A DNA stretch of 64,000 nucleotides from Candidatus Melainabacteria bacterium 17Bon1m (GTDB lineage: Bacteria; Cyanobacteriota; Vampirovibrionia; Obscuribacterales; Obscuribacteraceae). Each line of letters opens with the position of its first letter. Position 1 is the stretch's first letter. The notes beneath the pieces are model-generated. The model saw only the letters and a list, made by a program, of their open reading frames with translations, was not told the origin of the DNA and did no database searches. Location of the stretch: contig JAVLKG010000001.1 in NCBI GenBank assembly GCA_032128875.1, forward strand, positions 1,081,453 to 1,145,452. The letters run 5' to 3'. Below are positions 48,808 through 58,104 of the stretch, one piece after another. Made by a program: the position numbers and the translations under genes.

Positions 48808-51054
48808 CTACTCAATCCAGACGAGAATGTGCTCACCGCCTGCGGTATGGGGAACAACGGTCAATCGCAGGTTAAAGTCTTTGCCGGACATTCTGACTTT
48901 GACCCGGCCATCCTGGGGCAAGCGCCTGTCTTGCTGATCGACGCGACCCATTTTACGAAAACGCTGAGTGAGCGCCGGCATCAGCATTTTTGGCAGCTTG
49001 CGCACTATCATCAACTGACCTTGAATGCGGTAGTGCACCAAAACCTGCTTGTCCATTGCCTCTACGTGAATGGTTGAAGCACCTTTGGCAATGCCGTTGG
49101 CTAAGATTTGATTGCAGAGCATGATTACAGCGGCGTCATCACTTTCTTTCTCGAGAGCATCAGGTTGTTTCTGCTCGGTAGAAGTGCGAGCGATCGACTC
49201 GCTTGCAACCGGTTCGCATTCGCCAAGACCTGCTTCTCCAGTGGATTTCGGTGTGATTGCTTTGAATTCTTCGCTGGCCTGCTCCAATTTGACTTCGGTT
49301 GTTTTATCTTGTAAAACCTGCTTTGTCTCTTCCTTCGTCGCAGCCGCGGAATCAGCCTCTGGCTCAGGCTTTTTCTCTTCCTTCGGCTCAGGCTTGGATT
49401 CTTGCGCGGGCGGTTTTTTCTCGACAGTCGGACTGACTAGTGCGTCGAATTCACCTGTGGCCTCATCATCTTTGAGCCCCGCTTTGCCTGGTTCTTCTGC
49501 CAGCTCTTTGGCCAATTCTCTGGCGACATCTCTGGCATCCGGACGTTCTTTTTTTGTTTCCGACTTGGATTCTGATTTCGTTTCTGATTTTGTCTCAGCC
49601 TTTGTCTCAGCCTTGGTCTCCGTATCTGAGCCCTTGTCCTCGGTTTTCTTTTGAGGCTCGGCTTCTGCCTTGGGCTCTTCTTTCTTTTCTTCTACTGACT
49701 CAGCCTTCTTCTCGTCTTCGGACTCCGGTTTTTTCTCGTCTACCGGTGCAGCTTTTTTCTCAGCCTCCGGCTCTGATTTCTTCGCTTCAGAGTCTTTGTT
49801 GTCCTCTCTGGCTGGTTCAACCTTTGTTTCAGGCGCCTCGACCTCTTTCTTTTCTTCAGCCTGTTTTTCTTTTGGTTCTTTATCTTCAGTTTTTGCCGCA
49901 GGTTCGGACCCTGCCGACTTTGAAGTATTATCAGCCGGCTTCTTGCCAGCCTTATTGCGGGTTTCTTCAATATGCTTTTGCAGCATGTTTAAGTCGAATT
50001 TGCCGGTTTCGTCGTTTGTCGGTATTTCCGGCTCAGTCCTGAACATATTGTCGAGTTCGGACTTATAGGCGCTGTCTAAATCTGCTTTGACTACAATTTC
50101 TGGCTCTGTTTTGCCAAGAGATGCTGATTCTGCCTTCGCTTTCGCTTCAGCCTCGGCTTTTTGCGCTTCTACTTTCGCTGCTTCCGCTTTCTCTGCTTCC
50201 GCTTTCTCTGCTTCTGCTTTCTGTGCAGCTTCTTTGTCCGCCGCGGCCTTATCGGCAGCTGCTTTCTCGCTTTCAGCCTTCTCTTTTTCTGCCTTTTCTC
50301 TCGCTTCAGTTTCTGCCTTGAGCGCTGCCTCAGCGTCTGCTTTGGCTTTTGCCGCGGCTTCTGCTTCAGCCTTGGCGGCTGCTTCTGACTCTGCTTTGCC
50401 CTTAGCTGCAGCCTCAGCCTCAGCTTTTGCCGCAGCTTCTGCTTCCGCCTGGGCTGCTGCTTCTTGTTCGGCCTTGCCCTTAGCGAGGAATGCGGCTAGA
50501 GGCGAAAGTGTCGGCTTCTCCTCTGCTTTTGCTTCAGCAGCAGGAGCAGCTTCTTTCTTGCTTGAGTTCTCATCCTTGGCGCCATTATTGCCTTTGTCCG
50601 TTGGCTTGGCGTCTAAATTCTCCTGATAAAGATTGCTCATGAACAGCATGAAGTCGTCTTCAGTACAGACGACGGGCGTGAATTGCCTGTCTCCGAAATA
50701 TTGTTTGAGCGCCGCCAAGCCCGTTGAATGCTCAGGATTGACCATGACAACGGTTATGCGTGAGCCTTTCTCATTGACTGGAACCATCATGTGTTCGCGG
50801 ATCTTCGCTTCCGGCACGATCTTCAAAATTTCCGGTTGAATTTCTGTGCGCGCCAGGCTGACGTATGTGACCCCGTATTTGAGCTCCAGGGCGTTCTTAA
50901 AATGGTGTTCGTAAGCTAGTCCAAGTCTCGACAAAATGATGCTGAGCGGCTCTCCGGTGCTTTTTGCCTCTCTCTCGGCAAGCCGCAATTCATCGGCGCT
51001 TATTTGACCGTTGTCGACCAAAAGTTCGCCGATGGATTTTTCCACTACTGACAT
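48808..51054 (-). CDS. PilB N-terminal-domain paralogue lacking the ATPase domain, with long A/E/K-rich linker
   Basis: KSIGELLVDNG..TGEPLSIILSRLGLA matches the PilB N-terminus; ends with IHVE..RRLPQDGRV..GGEHILVWIE*; no Walker A; ATG 51054 (ORF track 51306). Confidence 0.85.
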   Translation of the reverse strand: MSVVEKSIGELLVDNGQISADELRLAEREAKSTGEPLSIILSRLGLAYEHHFKNALELKYGVTYVSLARTEIQPEILKIVPEAKIREHMMVPVNEKGSRITVVMVNPEHSTGLAALKQYFGDRQFTPVVCTEDDFMLFMSNLYQENLDAKPTDKGNNGAKDENSSKKEAAPAAEAKAEEKPTLSPLAAFLAKGKAEQEAAAQAEAEAAAKAEAEAAAKGKAESEAAAKAEAEAAAKAKADAEAALKAETEAREKAEKEKAESEKAAADKAAADKEAAQKAEAEKAEAEKAEAAKVEAQKAEAEAKAKAESASLGKTEPEIVVKADLDSAYKSELDNMFRTEPEIPTNDETGKFDLNMLQKHIEETRNKAGKKPADNTSKSAGSEPAAKTEDKEPKEKQAEEKKEVEAPETKVEPAREDNKDSEAKKSEPEAEKKAAPVDEKKPESEDEKKAESVEEKKEEPKAEAEPQKKTEDKGSDTETKAETKAETKSETKSESKSETKKERPDARDVARELAKELAEEPGKAGLKDDEATGEFDALVSPTVEKKPPAQESKPEPKEEKKPEPEADSAAATKEETKQVLQDKTTEVKLEQASEEFKAITPKSTGEAGLGECEPVASESIARTSTEQKQPDALEKESDDAAVIMLCNQILANGIAKGASTIHVEAMDKQVLVHYRIQGQLMIVRKLPKMLMPALTQRFRKMGRVDQQDRRLPQDGRVKVRMSGKDFNLRLTVVPHTAGGEHILVWIE
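49553..50460 (-). repeat. Coding low-complexity repeats (AEAEAAAK, AEKAE, ETKA/ETKS)
   Basis: Visible 12-30 nt periodicities inside the PilB-paralogue linker. Confidence 0.7.
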
Positions 51055-51311
51055 TAAGACCGCCTTTTCATTAATTTCGCCGTCTTGGTGACAGCTTGGA
51101 AGGCTCGGACTCCGGCATGTCTGGTCGCCAAGAGATGCTGCTGTAAAGCCTTCCCAAATTTTGTGCCCGCTGCTTTTTTCTATTAAACAGACTGTATACA
51201 GATCAGAATATGAGACTTTAATTTGCCGTGTGCAAGAATAGCTAGCAAGGGTTTTGCGATAGCGCCTTTGAATTTCAGGGCTTTTCCAGCGATTTATTAT
51301 CTGCACAAATC

Positions 51312-52721
51312 ATGACTGAAAGAGCCGAAGAAACCAAAGAGGAAGCCACAAAGGATACGCTTTTGAATTCAGAGCCATCGAATTCCCCTAAAGGCAATGC
51401 GGCAAATAAAATGGACAAACCAATTCCCACGGCTTGGGGATACCGCGGGTTTGTTTTGGTAAGTTGCACCTTCGTCATTTTCGAGCTTATTTTTGTCACG
51501 CTATATTCGACCACATCATGGTTTTCCACCGATATCCGGTACCTAGGAATACCAGTGGTAATCGTTTTGCTTCCCATTGCCCATCAAATTCTCCTCTCTT
51601 TCGAAAGGAAAATCCTTCTGAAAATCGCCTCGCCTCTGCGCGATGGTTTGCCACTAATTTTGTATTGGAATTGGATAAAACTCGACGAAACCGCGCTTTC
51701 AATCGGGCTGAGAAAGGTTGCGTATTCTGCAATCGATGAACTGAAACTGACTATTTGGGGAAATTTGCACATCCGTACTCGCGCGTTGCGTACCGGCTTC
51801 GAGAATACGAGCGATGCTCGAATTTCGGCTGGTGATGGGAATGTTTCGACCGGAGACGCCCGTGTTTTAGCAGATGATGCCAGTGTTTCGGCTGCTTCTT
51901 CTAAGGGCGAACCCACTGATCTGATTTTCAAGCTGCCACTGGGAGTGGTATCGCCTCAATTTCAAAAGATGTTGATTGAAACTGTGAAAAAGGCAAATCC
52001 GCATGTGGAGATCAATAAGCGTTTGAGAAAGCGCCTTTCGCAGCAGGATGTTTCAACCACTCAAATGGTAGGCGTGATGGGCGCAGCTTTTCTGCTCATA
52101 GTACTTCTCGACTTAGGCCAGGCTTCTTACACGTCCCTGGATGTTTTGAAAAACTATTACCTTGCCGATTTGAATGCCCGGAAGCACGAGATGGCTGTTG
52201 CCGAAAGCTATCTAGAAACTGGCGATAAGCTCATAACCGGTGCACTGCCGATGTCCTGGATCAAGACGAAATTCTTTGACGAAGGTAATGGTGCTGCAGG
52301 TGTCAAAGTTGCGCGCGCTGAAGCGCTTTGGCAGCTTGGACGTCGAGAGGAGGCGGTCGCCGAATGCCGTAACGCCTTAAAGCTTTCACCGAAGGGCTTT
52401 CGTATCAACTTGCGAATGGCACGCATGCTGACCGCAATGGGGTCTCCGAAAGAGGCGAAAGCCGAAATTGAGCAGGCTATGGAGGCAAATAAAGACTCTT
52501 TCGTGCCAAACGAATACATGATGGCGTTGGCGTTAGAGACATCCGGCAAGCTGGAAGCCCAAAAGCTCTACGAAACATATCTTAAGGAGCTGGATGAAGA
52601 GGTCTTCGGCGAAGAGCCTGTGTGGCCTCCGGGCGGCGAGCGAATGATACACAACGTCTGGTTTAGGGAGGACTTGACATTCCTGTTTCAGCGCCTTTTC
52701 AAACAGCTTGGGCGCTCTTGA
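51312..52721 (+). CDS. Membrane protein with C-terminal TPR repeats
   Basis: Two N-terminal TMs, one central TM, ARAEALWQLGRREEAVAECRNALKLSP. Confidence 0.78.
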   Translation: MTERAEETKEEATKDTLLNSEPSNSPKGNAANKMDKPIPTAWGYRGFVLVSCTFVIFELIFVTLYSTTSWFSTDIRYLGIPVVIVLLPIAHQILLSFERKILLKIASPLRDGLPLILYWNWIKLDETALSIGLRKVAYSAIDELKLTIWGNLHIRTRALRTGFENTSDARISAGDGNVSTGDARVLADDASVSAASSKGEPTDLIFKLPLGVVSPQFQKMLIETVKKANPHVEINKRLRKRLSQQDVSTTQMVGVMGAAFLLIVLLDLGQASYTSLDVLKNYYLADLNARKHEMAVAESYLETGDKLITGALPMSWIKTKFFDEGNGAAGVKVARAEALWQLGRREEAVAECRNALKLSPKGFRINLRMARMLTAMGSPKEAKAEIEQAMEANKDSFVPNEYMMALALETSGKLEAQKLYETYLKELDEEVFGEEPVWPPGGERMIHNVWFREDLTFLFQRLFKQLGRS

Positions 52722-52803
52722 TTTCTTAGACCTAGTCAATTTATTGAAGACCTCGAAAGAGGTATCATCGTTAGCCAAATAGTAAGGCTTTTCGAGTTTT
52801 TTG

Positions 52804-54039
52804 ATGACGTTGGCTAAGGGATCAGTTGGAGTCGTTGTGGCCGCCCTCTGTTTCTGCATTGCAGTAGAGGGCTGGATAGCCTTTGCACACCCTTTTGCGC
52901 GTTTGCCAGTCGCTACTATCGAGCAAGGCGAGCTGTTCAACTCGATGAGAGACATCGCCAAACAAACCTCGGGCAAAAACCCTCAACCGTACATGGTGCT
53001 GCTCGGCAGCTCTCTCGTGGTGGCGCCTGTGGTGCAAGCTGAGTCACAGCATCGCAAGCGAGCAATCAAACGCTTTTACGAACGGCGCGCAACAGCCTGC
53101 GAAGAGCAATTGCAACAGTGCATTTCATTGCCTTCGAGCCAACCTGTCCAGATATTCAATGCCGCTGTCGGCGGTGGCATGGCATCTGATGATTATTTTG
53201 TTGCCAGAGAATTGCTTGAATCGAAACACAAACCAGTTGCTTTGGTTTGCGGTGTGGCTCCTCGTGATTTCCAGGATAACCTGGTGCCGGGAATGTACTC
53301 AACGAGCGCGTTCCAGATACTCTCGAATCTGTCCGACGTGAAAAGCGTTTTCTGCGACGAATCACTGACGCTAGACAAAAAGTTCGACATTGCTATGGGT
53401 CGCGTCAGCAATCTTTGGCGCAATCGGGCTGAAGTGAAATCATTTTTCGGCTTGCTTTCGAAAAAACTGATTGAGAAGACTTGCCCTTTCATTCTTTTTG
53501 AGAAATACGGCGGGACAAGTATGGCGCTTGCACCTCAGAAGGACGGCATCTTTCCCGAAGAGGTCAAAGGAACGCCTTTTGCTTATCCGGGCTATGCAAT
53601 CGATCACTACGAGCCGAAGAAGACCTGTGAGCAGTATATGCGCAGCTACAATCCTGTGGACAAGCGTATGGTCGACGAACAGTTTGACTATTTCGATCGC
53701 ACCCTGGAATTAGCTCAAAAGCATGGCGTCGAGGTTCTCGTTGTGAATATGCCGCTTAGCGGAACCAACAAGACGCTTCTCGCACCTGGATTTTATGAGT
53801 CGTACCTGACGAAGCTGAAGAGCATCTGTGCAACTCGAAATGTTCAACTGACCGACTTCAACAATTCGTCGTGGGACAAGGAAGGCAATTTTATCGACAC
53901 GGTCCACATCTCTGCCGAGAGGAGTAATGCTTTCATTCGCGCATTGATGGAGTCTGTCGCTCAATCGCCTCTTTCTGTGGCTTTGTCTGGCGAGCACAAG
54001 CAGCAGATCGGCGCTAAGTCGATTTCAATTCCTCAATAA
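52804..54039 (+). CDS. SGNH-like (DUF1574/DltD-like) membrane-anchored protein
   Basis: N-terminal anchor, VLLGSS, FNAAVGG, VVNMP, FIDTVH. Confidence 0.7.
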   Translation: MTLAKGSVGVVVAALCFCIAVEGWIAFAHPFARLPVATIEQGELFNSMRDIAKQTSGKNPQPYMVLLGSSLVVAPVVQAESQHRKRAIKRFYERRATACEEQLQQCISLPSSQPVQIFNAAVGGGMASDDYFVARELLESKHKPVALVCGVAPRDFQDNLVPGMYSTSAFQILSNLSDVKSVFCDESLTLDKKFDIAMGRVSNLWRNRAEVKSFFGLLSKKLIEKTCPFILFEKYGGTSMALAPQKDGIFPEEVKGTPFAYPGYAIDHYEPKKTCEQYMRSYNPVDKRMVDEQFDYFDRTLELAQKHGVEVLVVNMPLSGTNKTLLAPGFYESYLTKLKSICATRNVQLTDFNNSSWDKEGNFIDTVHISAERSNAFIRALMESVAQSPLSVALSGEHKQQIGAKSISIPQ

Positions 54040-54124
54040 AAATACCTTTTATAAGTGCTAAACATCTTCACCCGGGGAATACTTCCAGTGGAGTCCGGTT
54101 TGTTGTTTCACGAGGTGAAATGCC

Positions 54125-55519
54125 GTGTTGCCTGCCAGACTGTACTTTGCGGCGCTACTTTCTGTTTTCGCCGCTCTTTCGCCCCTTTGTTCGGCTGTAG
54201 CTGACACTGTTCAAGCTCCGACCGAGCAGACCAAAGCAGTGGACACAGTTCTGGACTCCAAGCGTCCAATTAGAGACAAATGGGCTCTCGTTGTAGGCAT
54301 CAGCAATTTTGAAAATCCCAAAGTCCCTACGCTCAAATACTCGACAAAAGACGCACGCGACTTTTACAACTATTTGATCAAAGACGCAAACTTCCAGCCC
54401 TCACATGTGCGTCTGTTGCTTGATGAGAAAGCAACGCGCAGGCGCATTATCTCTGAGCTTGGCAATAAGTTTTTGGCTCGCTTAGCACGCCCAGGGGACT
54501 TGATTGTCCTATTTTTTTCTACTCACGGTAGTCCGTCTCAGATGGATTTGCGAGGTAAGAGTTATTTGGTCACTTACGACGCGGATCCGGAAGACCTTGA
54601 TGCTACGGGCATTGGGATGCAGGAAGTGAACGATAAGATTCACAGCCGCGTGCTTTCCGACCGTGTTGTGTTGGTTCTTGACGCATGCCATTCCGGCAGC
54701 AGCGATCCGAATGCCAAAGGTATGTATCGCGTCGGCAATATGAATGCCCAAGAACTGGCTGAAGGTTCTGGTCAGTTGGTAATTTGCAGCAGCCGCCCTG
54801 ACGAGCAATCTTGGGAGTCTAAGCGCTATGAGAATGGTGTTTTCACAAGAAATTTGCTGGAGGCTTTGCGGGGCTCAAGCGGAAAGTTGCCGCTCGGCGC
54901 AGCTTTCGAGAAAGCTCAGCAATTAGTGGAGACTGAAGTGCGTGAAGACCGGCCTGGAGCGCGTCAATCTCCAATGCTCAATGCAAAATGGGCGGGCAAT
55001 GACATCGTACTCTCGGTTCCAGCGTCCGAACCGCAAAAGTTGGCTCCGACTGTAGTTGCAGATCTCGAGCCAGACAGCACAGCACCCAATACGGGACAAT
55101 CTAGACTGTCCAGCAAAAACGTTTCAGAAGTGCAGACAATAGCAATGGCTCAAACAGTAAAAACAGCTTCTATGTTTCCTACTGCGAATCAAAAATTGGT
55201 TTTGACAGCCAGCTATTTTTCCAATGTGCCAAATCCGAAAGAAGCTCTGACTGGCGCCTATGAGGCATCCGCCGCTAATTTCAACAACGTCGAATTTTAC
55301 TGGCGTAAAGCAAAACTTCTGATTCAATTAGGTAAATGGACATCAGCAATGGAGTGCCTTAAAGGATGTATCGTGGACGATCCGAATCAATCGGACTTTT
55401 ATTTGGCGCGCGCTCTTTGCTATCACCACATGAAAATGCATGGACTGGCAACACGCGATATAGAGACCGCTCAGTTCAAAAACCCTTTAGTCTCGAGAAA
55501 TATAGAATTTGGAGAATGA
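54125..55519 (+). CDS. Secreted caspase-family (C14) peptidase with C-terminal TPR
   Basis: Signal peptide, KWALVVGIS, FSTHGS, LDACHSG, NGVFT; TPR-like DFYLARALCY. Confidence 0.88.
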   Translation: MLPARLYFAALLSVFAALSPLCSAVADTVQAPTEQTKAVDTVLDSKRPIRDKWALVVGISNFENPKVPTLKYSTKDARDFYNYLIKDANFQPSHVRLLLDEKATRRRIISELGNKFLARLARPGDLIVLFFSTHGSPSQMDLRGKSYLVTYDADPEDLDATGIGMQEVNDKIHSRVLSDRVVLVLDACHSGSSDPNAKGMYRVGNMNAQELAEGSGQLVICSSRPDEQSWESKRYENGVFTRNLLEALRGSSGKLPLGAAFEKAQQLVETEVREDRPGARQSPMLNAKWAGNDIVLSVPASEPQKLAPTVVADLEPDSTAPNTGQSRLSSKNVSEVQTIAMAQTVKTASMFPTANQKLVLTASYFSNVPNPKEALTGAYEASAANFNNVEFYWRKAKLLIQLGKWTSAMECLKGCIVDDPNQSDFYLARALCYHHMKMHGLATRDIETAQFKNPLVSRNIEFGE

Positions 55520-56388
55520 GACTCCATCCAGCTTTTCTTTTGAAATTCATAGGGTTTGTGCTGATTCAGACCTCTTGCACGCAGACCCTGTTTGCAGCAG
55601 AGCTGGCTCCTTCGGATTCTCTTGCGAGGGGCATTACTCTATACAACCAAAAAAATTATGTTGCCGCGCAAGAATTTTTGGCAAAGGCAGTAAGCGGTGA
55701 ACATCGTAATGCAGCGGTTGCGCATTACTATTATGCCAACGCGCTTATGCAGACAAATAAGATAAATGCTGCTTTGGAAGAATACGAGCGTTGTTACAAT
55801 CTGGCTCCATTCAGTTCATTTTCCGGCTACTGCCGAATGGTGCTATTGAGGTATGGAAGAAGTCCTGATTCCAAATTAGAAACAAGAGCCGCTGGAAAAA
55901 ACTCCGCGGAGCAAGGTGGCAGTATTCCTGGAACGGCAGCTGAAAAATTTGCCCGCGAAACGCCAGCAGTAGCCGAGAAGCCGCGCGATGAAGCTGAAGT
56001 CCAGGCATTAAAAGCTCGTCTGCCACGTCTTGTAGCAATAGTGAAAGAAACTCCCCTTGCATTGGATGTAATGGCTGACAATATTTCCTTTCGCTCTGCA
56101 TTCGTCGGCGAAGCGGAGCAACGAAAGACTCGCGCTTTTGAGCGACTTGAGCAGTCGCGCCAAACTTTGAAGCATGCCGAAGCAGTAACGCATTCTTTTG
56201 TTCCGTCTGTCAAATCATTTGGCGAAACCGATGAAGAGTTCCGCGCCAGAAGAGTGAAGGCTGAGGAGACCGTTCAATCTTTACTTACATCTTTTCGTGA
56301 GAATGTAAACGAGGCGGAAAAGAATTTCCAAACGGAATCTTCACTTCTGGACAATTGCATCAATGCCAGAAATGGCTATCAGTATTGA
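55516..56388 (+). CDS. Secreted TPR protein with coiled-coil C-terminus
   Basis: ATGA overlap with the caspase stop, GGAG upstream; AHYYYANALMQ..ALEEY TPR. Confidence 0.8.
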   Translation: MRLHPAFLLKFIGFVLIQTSCTQTLFAAELAPSDSLARGITLYNQKNYVAAQEFLAKAVSGEHRNAAVAHYYYANALMQTNKINAALEEYERCYNLAPFSSFSGYCRMVLLRYGRSPDSKLETRAAGKNSAEQGGSIPGTAAEKFARETPAVAEKPRDEAEVQALKARLPRLVAIVKETPLALDVMADNISFRSAFVGEAEQRKTRAFERLEQSRQTLKHAEAVTHSFVPSVKSFGETDEEFRARRVKAEETVQSLLTSFRENVNEAEKNFQTESSLLDNCINARNGYQY

Positions 56389-56448
56389 AAGCGAAGCACC
56401 ATTGCTGGTGCCCCGCTCTAATTTGAGTCAGCTACTTAACTTGTCCTG

Positions 56449-57009
56449 TTATTCACTCGTGGTGCTGGTGGGCGTCACCACAGGTTTCTGACCCTTTTGC
56501 CAATCTATTGTGTAGTCCCCTTTGTTTTGGGTGTCTATGGTTGTGGTGGCACCCTGACCCTTTGCATAGTTTGTCGTGCCATCATATCCATAGGATTGCC
56601 CTTGAGGGTTTGTATATGAGGCTCCGCTATTTCGTGTTCCGGTGCCTGTTTGCGCATTGTATGCGTTGTTCATGTATCCGCTGGCATTGCCACCATTGGC
56701 CCCGGTGGCTTGAAATTGTTTCGCACGAAATGCGCCCACGCCTTTTTTGTAGGCTCCGCCTTGAGCCGTTTGTAGAGTGCTTCCATTTGGACCTTGATAC
56801 GATCCGCCTCTAAAACCAAAGCCTTGATTCGCACCGAGGGCGCGTGCGCCTGCTCGTTGTCCATATTGCCCTTGATGCGCAAACGCACCGATCGAGCCAT
56901 TTGCACCGCGCGCAAAGGCTCGGCGAGCTTCCGCCGGCGGTGTGACCGCCATTGAAAAGACAGCCAGTAACGCCGCTGTAAACGCAAGTGGGGCTGCGTA
57001 GTTTCTCAT
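56449..57009 (-). CDS. Secreted Gly/Asn/Thr-rich protein
   Basis: AGGAG upstream of ATG 57009; signal peptide ending AEA; G(A/P)NG turns. Confidence 0.78.
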   Translation of the reverse strand: MRNYAAPLAFTAALLAVFSMAVTPPAEARRAFARGANGSIGAFAHQGQYGQRAGARALGANQGFGFRGGSYQGPNGSTLQTAQGGAYKKGVGAFRAKQFQATGANGGNASGYMNNAYNAQTGTGTRNSGASYTNPQGQSYGYDGTTNYAKGQGATTTIDTQNKGDYTIDWQKGQKPVVTPTSTTSE

Positions 57010-57231
57010 TCTCTTTCTCCTGCACGTATGTATGAGTCGGTTGCGCGCACTTCCGAATGCAAATACACAGACTGGCAAGAAAAGTTTCGCCAGAGCGCCC
57101 TGCGCCAGGATTAAATCCCAAAACAATTACTCCGACTGAGATTAGGGATGTTTAAGAATTCTGCATGCAAGACGGGCGCCAGAAAAAGCCTGTGAGATTA
57201 TGGTTGCAATGTTCTTGACAGGTCCTCCACC

Positions 57232-58008
57232 ATGAAAAAACTGAAGCAACTTACCAAAAATGGAACCTCAGGATTCTTTAAAGCACTGATGATTCTTTCC
57301 GTCGTGCTGATCGGGCTTTGTGTTGTAGTGCCATTACTAAATGTGTTTCTTTCGACACCTCCGGCGCAGCACGGAAAATTGGTATTCAGTCTTGTTCTTT
57401 TCTGCTTATTGTTTCTGTCGATGCAGCTTCTTGCACAAAGCGCAGTCTATAGAGAGAACAAAAAGAAGTTAGAAACGATGGAAGAGAATCAGTCGACTGC
57501 GTATACAGATGATGTGATCAAACTCTCTCAACAGGCTATTGATATGCCGGTGTCTTTGGCGCTTGCATGGGATTGCTTGAAGGAAGCAACCAATGGATTG
57601 GATATCAAAGCGCTGGATAAACGTCGTGCATCGTGGCTTGTAGATTCTGTTGATGACGACAGAAGAACCGTGAAGTGCTCGCTTCAATATATACAAGATC
57701 CGTTGGGCCGAAAGCTGAGTCAGATTTATCCGCGCACCATCGAGATGGTCGCAACTGTTGACGGATCTGGTATCAACACCAAGTTGCGCACACGATACAG
57801 TTTTGCGACCCCTATGGACTTGGAAGCAGTGTCTGAAATCATCAGTAAGACGAATTCGCGGCTCAATGAAATGATTGTAGTTGCAGACAAATCATACAAA
57901 GAACAAAGAGAACGCCGAAGCGCATCTGCTGTTGCTCAATTAGAACAACCGGCAACGTTGAATTTGGACGAACTCGGTTGTATCAACTTTCCAATCAGTT
58001 TGAACTAG
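57232..58008 (+). CDS. Hypothetical membrane protein (2 TM + soluble domain)
   Basis: Two hydrophobic helices; 258-aa ORF. Confidence 0.7.
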   Translation: MKKLKQLTKNGTSGFFKALMILSVVLIGLCVVVPLLNVFLSTPPAQHGKLVFSLVLFCLLFLSMQLLAQSAVYRENKKKLETMEENQSTAYTDDVIKLSQQAIDMPVSLALAWDCLKEATNGLDIKALDKRRASWLVDSVDDDRRTVKCSLQYIQDPLGRKLSQIYPRTIEMVATVDGSGINTKLRTRYSFATPMDLEAVSEIISKTNSRLNEMIVVADKSYKEQRERRSASAVAQLEQPATLNLDELGCINFPISLN

Positions 58009-58044
58009 CGGCGCTCGATATTTTGTAGGCGTGCTCATTATCTT

Positions 58045-58098
58045 GTAGGGGCGGCGCATGCGCCGCCCTGAGCAGGGAGCCGCATGCGGCTCCCCTAC
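58045..58098. repeat. Inverted doublet of GTAG-type REP-like palindromes
   Basis: GTAGGGGCGGCGCATGCGCCGCCC-tgagca-GGGAGCCGCATGCGGCTCCCCTAC. Confidence 0.85.
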
Positions 58099-58104
58099 GG
58101 GAAT

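Noticed and set aside
48808-51306. Calling the PilB paralogue a pseudogene, or using the 51306 start
   Set aside because: The frame is intact for 748 codons and ends at a domain boundary; similarity to PilB begins at ATG 51054, and 51306 would leave no room for divergent promoters.
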